DNA from: Pseudomonadota bacterium
GTDB lineage: Bacteria; Bdellovibrionota_C; UBA2361; SZUA-149; DAOLCO01
DNA length: 64,000 bases
Reading direction: 5' to 3'
NCBI GenBank assembly: GCA_027487795.1
Contig: JAIYCX010000013.1
Coordinates: forward strand, 6,148-70,147
The notes under the pieces were generated by a model that saw nothing but the letters and a program-made list of their open reading frames with translations, had not been told where the DNA came from and made no database searches. Below, in pieces: positions 26,620 to 35,600 of this stretch. Position 1 is the stretch's first letter. Every line of letters starts with the position of its first letter. A program made the translations under genes and the position numbers.

Positions 26620-27801
26620 TTAATTAAAAAGATCCTTAATTGCAGATTGCCAGTTTAGAAATCGAATTCCATTTTCCTCTCTTGGGCTGTCAATTCTTGA
26701 AACTACCCATAGCTCTGGTGACTTAAAATCATTTTTAAAATTCAATAAATGCCTGGCATCTTCTATTCTAACATTCTGCTGAGATTTTATTTCAATAAGA
26801 ATTATCCTCTCCTTACTTTCTAAAATTAAATCAATCTCTGAGCCATCTTTTGTAATTAAGTAAGATAGCTTGTATCGTTTTCTACTGTATTCATTGTGCT
26901 TTAAGACTTCTAGTATAAAAAAATGCTCAAATAGTCTTCCGTAAGATGAGGTACCGGGCATAACGTCGTTACCGAGAGTACCTTCTAATGCGCGAATTAC
27001 ACCAATGTCAAAAAAGTAAAATTTAGGGCTTTTACCTTGCTGTTTGCGCACAGATTTCTGATATGGCAATAAAAAAAAGCCCAATAAAGTATCTTCTAGT
27101 ATTTGAAAATATCTAGCGACTGCCTTTGAATCAACGTTACAGTCGTTCCCGATTTTTGAGTAGTTAACAATTCTTCCACTAGATTGAGCAGCAACTTCTA
27201 GAAAACGATTAAACGGATCTAAGTTTCTAACAATTTGCTCTTCTCTAATCTCTTCTCTTAAATAAACTGCAATATAAGTTTGTAATTGCTCTTCTCGAAC
27301 AGAGTTATTTTTCTGAGAAGCAATTGCTGGCAACATACCCCACTCAAGGGCTGTTCTTAAATCAAACTCATTTCCTATTTCATAAGCAGACAAGGGGAAA
27401 AGATTATTCAGTAGCGCCCTCCCAGCAAGCAGATTCGCAGACCCTCTTTTTAATTTCCTAGCACTTGATCCTGATAGTGCGAATTTAATTTTACCACTGA
27501 AGTCTGGATCTTCTAACATGTCGTGTACTTCGTTTAATAAGGCTGGAACTCTTTGTATTTCGTCAATTACTATCCACGAATGAGTAGAACTCTCCTGTTG
27601 ACGTAGTGCCTCTTTAATTTCTTGACGTAGCAATGAAGGATTCCTTTGATACTTAAGGAATTCCATATCCTTCAATAGATTAACCCATTTAAGAGTCTCT
27701 TGATTTAGATAATCCCTTAAAAACCAAGTTTTACCAACTCCTCTAGCTCCGAGGAGAAGAAAACTCATATCTTTTAATGGCTTAGAGAGTCTATGGTACA
27801 T
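26620..27801 (-). CDS. AAA+ ATPase with a DUF4143-type C-terminal domain (COG1373-like)
   Basis: Walker A GARGVGKT, IDEIQRVP, SGSSA, GRA, PKFYFFDIG, EIDLILE...IEIKS. Confidence 0.85.
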   Translation of the reverse strand: MYHRLSKPLKDMSFLLLGARGVGKTWFLRDYLNQETLKWVNLLKDMEFLKYQRNPSLLRQEIKEALRQQESSTHSWIVIDEIQRVPALLNEVHDMLEDPDFSGKIKFALSGSSARKLKRGSANLLAGRALLNNLFPLSAYEIGNEFDLRTALEWGMLPAIASQKNNSVREEQLQTYIAVYLREEIREEQIVRNLDPFNRFLEVAAQSSGRIVNYSKIGNDCNVDSKAVARYFQILEDTLLGFFLLPYQKSVRKQQGKSPKFYFFDIGVIRALEGTLGNDVMPGTSSYGRLFEHFFILEVLKHNEYSRKRYKLSYLITKDGSEIDLILESKERIILIEIKSQQNVRIEDARHLLNFKNDFKSPELWVVSRIDSPREENGIRFLNWQSAIKDLFN

Positions 27802-27974
27802 ATGTCTAATATAGCCGATAAATTAGACATATGCAACCGAAATTAGCGTACTTTAATATAGCATTATATACACTAATAATATAATAAATTATAATATCGC
27901 CATATCCTTATGTTTTTCTTCAAAATTGCGAGTATTTTTATTTTTAATTATCGGTAACTAAATAATTCATAACG

Positions 27975-28080
27975 GTAGAAGAATTCCCTCCTGTTATATT
28001 ATTGCAGTTAAATTCTTAACTAAACAATAAAAGAACAGGGGCTTTATAAAAGGTTTTTTACTTTTCACTCCTGGGTCTGG
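27975..28080 (+). promoter_or_regulatory. Conserved structured leader, copy 4
   Basis: Same 106-nt repeat; apical stem AGTTAA/TTAACT instead of AGCTAA/TTAGCT. Confidence 0.75.
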
Positions 28081-28105
28081 AAGCGAAAGAAGAAGGTTTT
28101 TTGCC

Positions 28106-28448
28106 ATGAAATGCTGGACCATTAATCTTGATCTCGGTGGAGATTATAACTGTAACTTAGGTCTTGCCTATGTAAGAGGCAAGACCTCACAATATTGCAT
28201 ATTACTCACTCTATAAATTTGAAAGATGTGCTGAATCTAAAACATTCGGGTGGCATGAATTGAAAGATGACCACAATACATACTCATGTATGGCTGTAGA
28301 CCAGAGGTCTTGTTTGTCATGCTTACATCAATTCTGTCCCCCTGACATCTTTAAATTAGGAGATTGCGAATTCAGAGTCACTGTTGATGAATTCGGTATT
28401 CCATCAGTTAGCTATAAAAATGCCGTTGAAAAAGTAATAATGGTATAA
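28106..28448 (+). pseudogene. Decayed cassette protein, paralog 4
   Basis: ATG 28106 MKCWTINLDLGGDY, stop at 28214; the 28260-28448 frame retains the C-terminal match (FRVTVDEFGIPSV); about 240 nt shorter than the intact copies. Confidence 0.72.
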
Positions 28449-28468
28449 ACTTCCGTGTATTCAAAAAA

Positions 28469-28534
28469 AGAGAGTCTCTTTAAACATAAGAGACTCTCTG
28501 AGATAAGGTTATTATATTTTTTTAATAAAGCCCC
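28469..28534 (+). repeat. Cassette trailer 4
   Basis: 12-bp stem AGAGAGTCTCTT/AAGAGACTCTCT; ATAAAGCCCC at 28525-28534. Confidence 0.72.
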
Positions 28535-28573
28535 ATTTTTAAATAGATCACGAACACTTGTGCAACTTCTTCT

Positions 28574-28605
28574 AGCGTAGGAGATTCAAATTAATCTCCT
28601 ACGCT
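28574..28605. terminator. Strong hairpin downstream of the sigma factor gene, possible terminator
   Basis: 13-bp perfect stem AGCGTAGGAGATT/AATCTCCTACGCT; no clear U-tract. Confidence 0.45.
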
Positions 28606-28621
28606 CATAATAAACCTATCA

Positions 28622-30118
28622 TCAATCAAATTTAGCCAATTGTCCCAAACTATTTGTTGGCTCTAAATCAATAAGACTAGCTAGATGCTGAGCTCGATGT
28701 GGCTGTTGCAATTTCTTGATAGCCCTATCTTCTATTTGCCGAATTCTCTCTCTGGTAACCTTAAAAATATCAGCAAGTTCTTGCAAAGTAAAATCGTAAC
28801 CATCTCCTATACCAAAACGCATTTTTATAATTTCACGTTCTCGGTAATTTAATGTTTTCAGCATTTCATTGATTTTTGAACTTGCTTCATTCTTAATAAA
28901 ATCATTAGATTCATCTGCAGATCGATAATCTTCTACGTATTCTCCGTAAGAGCTCTCTTGATCTTCTCCAACGGAGTAGTCTAGTGAGAAAGGCGTACGC
29001 ATATGATTTTGTAGAAAGCGAACATGATCTTCTTTAAGTTCAGTATATTGAGCAATCTCATCAACAGAAGCTTCACGACCCAATTGTTGCTCTAGATCCT
29101 TTCCTACTTGACGGACCTTACTCATAGTCTCTATCATATGAACAGGAACTCTTATCGTCCTGCTTTGATCAGATATCGCACGTAAGATACTTTGCCTAAT
29201 CCACCAAGTTGCATAAGTAGAAAACTTAAGTCCACGCAGGTATTCAAACTTATCAACAGCCCGCATGAGTCCACTATTGCCTTCTTGAATTAGCTCAAGC
29301 AAAGAAAGACCTCGGTTCCGATACTTTTTGGCAATTGAGACAACTAAACGCAAATTAGCGCTCGCCATATATTTTTTGAGGTTTACAAAACGACAGCGCG
29401 CAGATTCTATTTTTTGAACAAGACGATTCAAGCTCTTCCTGGTTTCTCCTGTTAATCGAAGAAGATAAATCAACTCCTGTCTTTTTTCTCTCTTAAGTCC
29501 TCTTTTAAGTCCTTCTTTTTGAAGCTCTGCATCAAGTGTATTTACTCTTTTACAATATTGCTTCAAATTTCCAACAAAAGGCTCAAGTCTTGCTGTTCTT
29601 AAAGCACATTCATCAACTAACCGACGACCTTTCATCCTGAGTCTCAATGCTCTCTTCCTAGCATCCTTCCGAGTAGAAATCTCATTCTTTGAATTTGTGG
29701 CTTCATTAAAAAAAGCGTCGCTCTTAGAAATCAACTCTCTAAGAGTCTTCACATTAGAAGGAAGTTTACGTATCAATTTAACTTTTAAGTCTTGCTTATT
29801 CGCGGAGACATCAAGATTTCGATCTAATCGCAACGTGTCGTTTAAGACATCTCTTAGAATTTTATTAGCACAAGTAAGAATAAATTGATTACCTAACATC
29901 CAACCACGATAGACAAACCTAGCTTCCTCAATTTGTTTCGCAAGACTACGCTCTTCTTGCCGCGATAATAAAGGAATCGACCCCATCTGAACTAGATAAA
30001 GCCTAACAGGATCTTCATACATATAGTCATCTGAAGTACATTCAGGCGACTCATCTTCAAAACATCGAACTTCATCATCAACAGTAACTTCTTCGTCATC
30101 AACAATATCTTCAAACAT
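28622..30118 (-). CDS. Sigma70-family (RpoD-like) sigma factor with a long non-conserved region
   Basis: Region 1.2 [16 protein letters not shown], region 2 [13 protein letters not shown]...LIQEGN...[12 protein letters not shown], region 4 TRERIRQIE; likely start ATG 30118. Confidence 0.92.
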   Translation of the reverse strand: MFEDIVDDEEVTVDDEVRCFEDESPECTSDDYMYEDPVRLYLVQMGSIPLLSRQEERSLAKQIEEARFVYRGWMLGNQFILTCANKILRDVLNDTLRLDRNLDVSANKQDLKVKLIRKLPSNVKTLRELISKSDAFFNEATNSKNEISTRKDARKRALRLRMKGRRLVDECALRTARLEPFVGNLKQYCKRVNTLDAELQKEGLKRGLKREKRQELIYLLRLTGETRKSLNRLVQKIESARCRFVNLKKYMASANLRLVVSIAKKYRNRGLSLLELIQEGNSGLMRAVDKFEYLRGLKFSTYATWWIRQSILRAISDQSRTIRVPVHMIETMSKVRQVGKDLEQQLGREASVDEIAQYTELKEDHVRFLQNHMRTPFSLDYSVGEDQESSYGEYVEDYRSADESNDFIKNEASSKINEMLKTLNYREREIIKMRFGIGDGYDFTLQELADIFKVTRERIRQIEDRAIKKLQQPHRAQHLASLIDLEPTNSLGQLAKFD

Positions 30119-30346
30119 TCTATTATTCCTTCCATAGAGGAAAAGAGAAAAAACCAAAATTTTTTAAACCTTACTAATCACACAAGTGATTCGTGTTCAC
30201 ATATCTAGTAAAGCAAGCTTCTAAATATTTAAACACGAATCAAACTTAACAAATCTACCCAACTAATTTTAGCAGAAAATACATCAAGTACTATGGTAAG
30301 TAAATTATCATAAGCTAACTAAGGTCCTCTTTTTATAATAAGACCC

Positions 30347-30394
30347 TATCCTCAGAGCGTGTAGCAAAGCCTTAGTTTAAAGTACTTAAACTAA
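30347..30394 (+). repeat. TATCCTCAGAGC repeat family copy with a 3' hairpin
   Basis: Similar copies at 38790, 40104, 41377 (inverted) and a degenerate one at about 2163. Confidence 0.7.
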
Positions 30395-30402
30395 CAAAAA
30401 TC

Positions 30403-32631
30403 CTATTTAACTATAAATTCAACTGCTTCAGTCTTAAAGACCTTACCTCCTTCAGCCAATATACCCGCCTGTACGGAATGCCGGCCTCTCACTACTGGCC
30501 AAATATAAGTTCCGCCTTGGCTTTTGTTAACAAGACTACCATCAACATACCATTCTACCTCCCTTGATATTACTTCTGGAAAAATCTTCATTTCAAAAGC
30601 TTGTTTTTCTGCAGGCACTCTAGGATTAAATGCCATTTCTAAATTGGAACTAGGTTTTGCAATTTTATATTTTATTTGTTCCTGCTCTTCTATAGCTAAA
30701 TCAGAACTATTAATTTGCGAATCTAAAATATTTGATTCTATAAAATATTCGGTTTTCAATTCACAATCTACTTGCTTATTTATTTCTTCACTACCATGCT
30801 TTTGCAAACTGCAAATTTCTTTTTTTATTAGCTTAGGACTTAAATACAGAGGCCCTGAATTATACTGAAATGCTAAACTATTAAATATACTTCTCAAAAC
30901 CAATGCAGGCCCCGTTGAACCAGTCACACCATCAGTTGGAGAATAATCAACATTCCCCATCCAAATGCCAACTACAAATTTACTATTATACCCGATAGCC
31001 CAACTATCTCGGTAATCAGTAGATGTACCAGTTTTTACAGCTGTTGCCTGAGGGAAATTAAGTACATTGTTACCGCCAAACTCTAAAGATCTCGCCCAAG
31101 GATCTGATAAGATATTTCCAATTAGAGAACTTACTTCAGGAGAAAATACTACCTTATTAATTTGAGGAGAGTCTGTATTAAGATCATATTTTAATTCAGA
31201 ATAAATCCCCTTATTAGCCAAAGTAGAATATGCCCTTACTATCTCAAACAAACTAACCTCCCCACTTCCTAATGCTAGTCCATGATCATAAAAATCTGAC
31301 GACTTACTTAAGTTCACAAATCCTAGACTGTGAAGCTTTTCTAGATAACTACTTGTTCCAACAAACTCTATTGCATGAATTGCAGGAATATTTAGAGAAT
31401 TACCTAGAGCATTACGTAATGTAATCTTACCATAATGAATTCTGCTATAATTATTAAAACGGTGCAATCCAGTTCCGACTGTTTCTGCTATGGGTGAATC
31501 ATCTATTAACGTTGCAGCAGTCCAGCCTTTTTCCAAAGCTGCCGCATATAGAAAAGGTTTTAAACTAGATCCGGGCTGGCGTGGGGTTACTACCATATCT
31601 AATTTACAACCTGCTAAATTTTTATTTTCCCTACACCCTAATCCGATAGAACTCCAAGCTAAAATCTCATGACTACTATGATCAACTATCAAAGCAGCCG
31701 CATTTGATAGTTTTTTTGATTTTAAACTAAGAAGTCTATTGACTAGTAAGTCATCTGTTAAAATTTGAAGTTCAGGATTTAAAGTAGTTTTAATTTTAGC
31801 TTCAACTTTATAAGAATTTTTAGAGTTAGAATCTCTTACATATTGTATAAACTGAGGAGCTTCTAAATTAAGAGAAGGTGAGGCGATTGTTAAAGGTATT
31901 TTAATTAAGTCTAAGCTTTTACCTTTCTCTAAAAAGCCCAAGGTCTCTAATTTTTCAGCTAATCTAACTACAGACTCCTCTATATTTACCTGCTGTTTTT
32001 TTAGATCAAATTTAGTAGGCGCTCTAATTAGCACTGCAAGAGTTAAATATTCTTTTGTACCCAAAGTAGAAAGTGCTCTATCAAAATAATATCTTGCTGC
32101 CTGAGAGATGCCCTTTCTATTAGAAGCAAAAGGAACTTGATTTAAATAAAATTCAAGAATCTCTGATTTACTTACTTGAGTTTCTAAAATTATAGCCTCT
32201 ACACATTCTATCCATTTCGACCAAAGTGTTCTTTCTCTAGGACGTAGAATTCTAACAACCTGCTCTGTTATAGTACTAGCTCCCCGTATCTCTGCATTAG
32301 AAAATAAAGTAAGATATATAGAATTAGCCTTTGCTAAGAAGTCTATTCCGAAATGTTCATAAAATCTTTTATCTTCAGATACTACAAATGCGTTTTGTAT
32401 AGGTTCTGGAATTTCATACAGCGGAAGAGTGTCTGAAGTATTAAATTTATTTAAATATGAATTCGAAAGAGGATTACCTTCTCTATCAAGAACTTGAGGC
32501 ACAGTGGCTATTAGCGATCCTTGCCTAAAATCCTCTATCGAAAATTGCACATCATAAATAGTTTTAACTAAAAAAATAAAAAATAAGATAGTAACTCTTA
32601 TAAATATTTTTTTAAAACTTTTCTTAAACAC
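30403..32631 (-). CDS. pbpC: Penicillin-binding protein 1C
   Basis: TG motifs EDKRFYEH and GASTITEQ; TP motifs SSLK, SLN, KTGT; downstream of alpha-2-macroglobulin. Confidence 0.9.
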   Translation of the reverse strand: MFKKSFKKIFIRVTILFFIFLVKTIYDVQFSIEDFRQGSLIATVPQVLDREGNPLSNSYLNKFNTSDTLPLYEIPEPIQNAFVVSEDKRFYEHFGIDFLAKANSIYLTLFSNAEIRGASTITEQVVRILRPRERTLWSKWIECVEAIILETQVSKSEILEFYLNQVPFASNRKGISQAARYYFDRALSTLGTKEYLTLAVLIRAPTKFDLKKQQVNIEESVVRLAEKLETLGFLEKGKSLDLIKIPLTIASPSLNLEAPQFIQYVRDSNSKNSYKVEAKIKTTLNPELQILTDDLLVNRLLSLKSKKLSNAAALIVDHSSHEILAWSSIGLGCRENKNLAGCKLDMVVTPRQPGSSLKPFLYAAALEKGWTAATLIDDSPIAETVGTGLHRFNNYSRIHYGKITLRNALGNSLNIPAIHAIEFVGTSSYLEKLHSLGFVNLSKSSDFYDHGLALGSGEVSLFEIVRAYSTLANKGIYSELKYDLNTDSPQINKVVFSPEVSSLIGNILSDPWARSLEFGGNNVLNFPQATAVKTGTSTDYRDSWAIGYNSKFVVGIWMGNVDYSPTDGVTGSTGPALVLRSIFNSLAFQYNSGPLYLSPKLIKKEICSLQKHGSEEINKQVDCELKTEYFIESNILDSQINSSDLAIEEQEQIKYKIAKPSSNLEMAFNPRVPAEKQAFEMKIFPEVISREVEWYVDGSLVNKSQGGTYIWPVVRGRHSVQAGILAEGGKVFKTEAVEFIVK

Positions 32632-32654
32632 AAATTTTATACTGAGAAATTATA

Positions 32655-35600
32655 CTAATGCAGAACTTTAACTTCTTCTTTTGTAGTTTTCCCATATATA
32701 TCTGCATCATACATTTCTTCAGCAATAGCAGGTGATACAGAAAATTCACCTTCAGCTATAACTTGTGCTGTGTAAGATAAATGATAATTTCCGGCACTCA
32801 GATAGTCAGAGTAGAAACGAACTGCACTATGCCCAACTTCCTTATGATAAAAACTCCAACGACTAAAATTATAAGATATCCAATCATTAAACTTTAGATA
32901 CCAAGACCCACCAGAAGCTACATAATTTCCTTTAGAAGCGTCAAGTACTGAGCTAGTAGCTAAATCAGAATTAATAGGTTCAAAACTACCTGGTACAGGA
33001 TCATTTACGACTACAAAATTTCTAGCAGTTGGCAAACTTAAAAATAAATCCACTCTAACGATTTCAGATTTTTTTAAATTCATTGGAGTACTTAATAGTT
33101 CCCATTTGCCGTTTCTCTCTACGCTATATTCACGTCGTATTTCAATTCCTGAATTTACTAATTCTGTAAACTGCTTTTTTGGCGCATACTGAAGCTTCGC
33201 TTGATAATATAACCTACCGTCTCCAATCTTTTTTACTTCAAGCTTTTTACTCACCCCTAAATCCTCTTGAATTATTGGTCTAATAAATGTCTGAGCTTCA
33301 TCTTTAACACTAGCAAATTTAAACTTACCAAATTCTTGACTATCAAAAGAAACAGAACCAGTCATACTAGGTACAACTTTTTCATATTCCTTAGCGTAAT
33401 CAACAATACTATTCATGCAAAACATATTTTCCTGAGTATTCTCCCAATGATCACGATTCTTTCTAGATTGTGTGATCATTCTTACAAGTTTAGATGGAAG
33501 CTCTCCAATTTGATTTTTAAGCTCTACTGATTTTTCTAAACCTAGTAGTACAGATAAGATAGCGCAGTTTTCTCTGAGAGGAGTTGATAATATTCTACTG
33601 TAACTATCATCAAGTTCTTCATTAAAACTAGTTTTACCTGAGGACTCAGAAGAGTGCGCTAATATTAAATTTAACACTTCTAGAGTGTGACGATTTCCAT
33701 CATTAAGACTTGCACTAGCTGCAGCAAAATAAGCTTTACCAAGTAAACTCATCTGAGGGACATGAGATCGATATCTCTCAATATCTGATATATCTATTTT
33801 CTTTGCTTTTGATAATGCAGCAAGGGCAACTGCTCTAACAGTAGAGGCCATACCCTTACTGTAGAAATCAGGCATTATATTTTCACGTATTAAATTTAAA
33901 AGATATTGATGCAATTTGTCTTTTACATCGGTAGGAATTTTATAATTAGCTTCTTCTAACCAATTAAATGCCAGTGCAGTATAAGCGCTTAGATATGGAT
34001 CAACATAAATATCACTAGGTATGTAATAGCTCATTCCTCCATTTGGAGCTTGGAAATTTCTTGCATCAATTATTGAACTAGCTGTAACTTCTTTAGCTGA
34101 GTCCCAAGTTAAGCTTTCAGGAAGATAAGATTTCAAATTTACATAATGGGAAGCCATCACTCCTTTAGTAAGTCTCTGCTCCCAACAAGCGTATGGATAG
34201 TCTCTCATATACTTGAATGCCCCTTCAATATTTCCAATAATAGTTGGTGACAAACTTGCACTCAAACTTCCAACATCTGTGAAAATATCTGTTGGTACCT
34301 TAATCGAGACTTCTGAACTTTGATCAACAGTACTACTATACTGAGCAGCAGTTTCTAACGATCTTAATTTTAGTACAGGTATCTCATGCTCTACTAAATC
34401 ACCATCAAAACTATCTTGAGCAGATACTTTAAAAACTATCTTATCTATTTTGTCATTTCTAATTTCTTTTAGTAGCTTTGCTTTTACTTCGAAAGATACT
34501 AATGATCTCTTATAAGGTTCTAGCGATATAATTTGTTCTTTTTTCTCTTCGAAATTAACAAAGTCAGCTTCACCACTTAAAGAAAAATTCACTTTAAGAT
34601 CTCGTTTTTTATCTGTCCTATTCATTACAGTAAAGGCTGCTTGAAACTTATCCCCTTCATTTACTTGATTAGGCATAGCTGGGCGAATCTCCGTAGGTCT
34701 ATTAACTTTAAAATTAGTTTCTCCTAAACCTAATCGATCCGTTGGCGTGACTGCCATAGCTAAAACTCTAAATCCAGTTAAATTATCCGGAACTTCAAAT
34801 TCAAATTCAGCATTTCCTGAAGCATCTGCTTCAATATTAGGATTCCAATAGCTCACGTATTTAAAAATATTTCTCATAGCTAGATCACTTCCACCGTCTC
34901 CGCCTGGATTTGCTCCTTTTTTCTCAAAGAGTTGCCTTCCTATCAGCCTAGTAATCAAACTATAATTTCTTAGATCTAAGCCTTCAATACTATAAAAGCC
35001 TTGGTAAGGATCAAATTTATTCTTTCCTCCGCTGATTAAATCTAATACTGACTCATCCAATACAGTGACAGCATAGGAGATAGGCTCTTCCTTATTTGGA
35101 TTTTTTACTTTAGCATTTAAACGAACTTTTACTTTTTCTCTTGGCTTATAAATCTCTTTATCAGCTTTAGCTTCAACTAAAATTTCCTTAAAAGGATCTT
35201 TTACTACTGCACTAGAGTAACCTATTTTAAAACTAGGCTTACCTAAATCAATTTGATTTTTTAATTGCTCACGTTCTTCCTCGGGAGATTTAGCAGTCGA
35301 AGGAACCCTAGGTGAAAACACTAAAGCAGAGAAATAAAAGCCTGGTAAATAATCTGGCTTAATTTCAAATTCAATAATTGGAGTACTTGAGTCTAATTTT
35401 TTAACAAACTGATCAATTACACCATAGCGCTCTATCGTTATAAGAGCTTCTGATTTTTGATATGGATTCTTGATTAGATATTTTGCAGTCTCTCCTACTT
35501 TATAGTTTGTTTTCTCAGGGATAATTTCTAATGAAGAATCATTACCATTACTCCACTCGACATAATCACTACCTGCCACATAAAAGAAAAACTCTGTCTC

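Noticed and set aside
22934-28534. CRISPR array or integron as the explanation for the repeats
   Set aside because: Repeats are 106 nt and separated by about 1-2 kb containing ORFs. There are no cas genes, no integrase and no attC R''/R' cores.
22934-28534. Retron or diversity-generating retroelement
   Set aside because: No reverse transcriptase motif (YADD/YxDD) in any ORF in the window, and the ORF differences are not adenine-specific.
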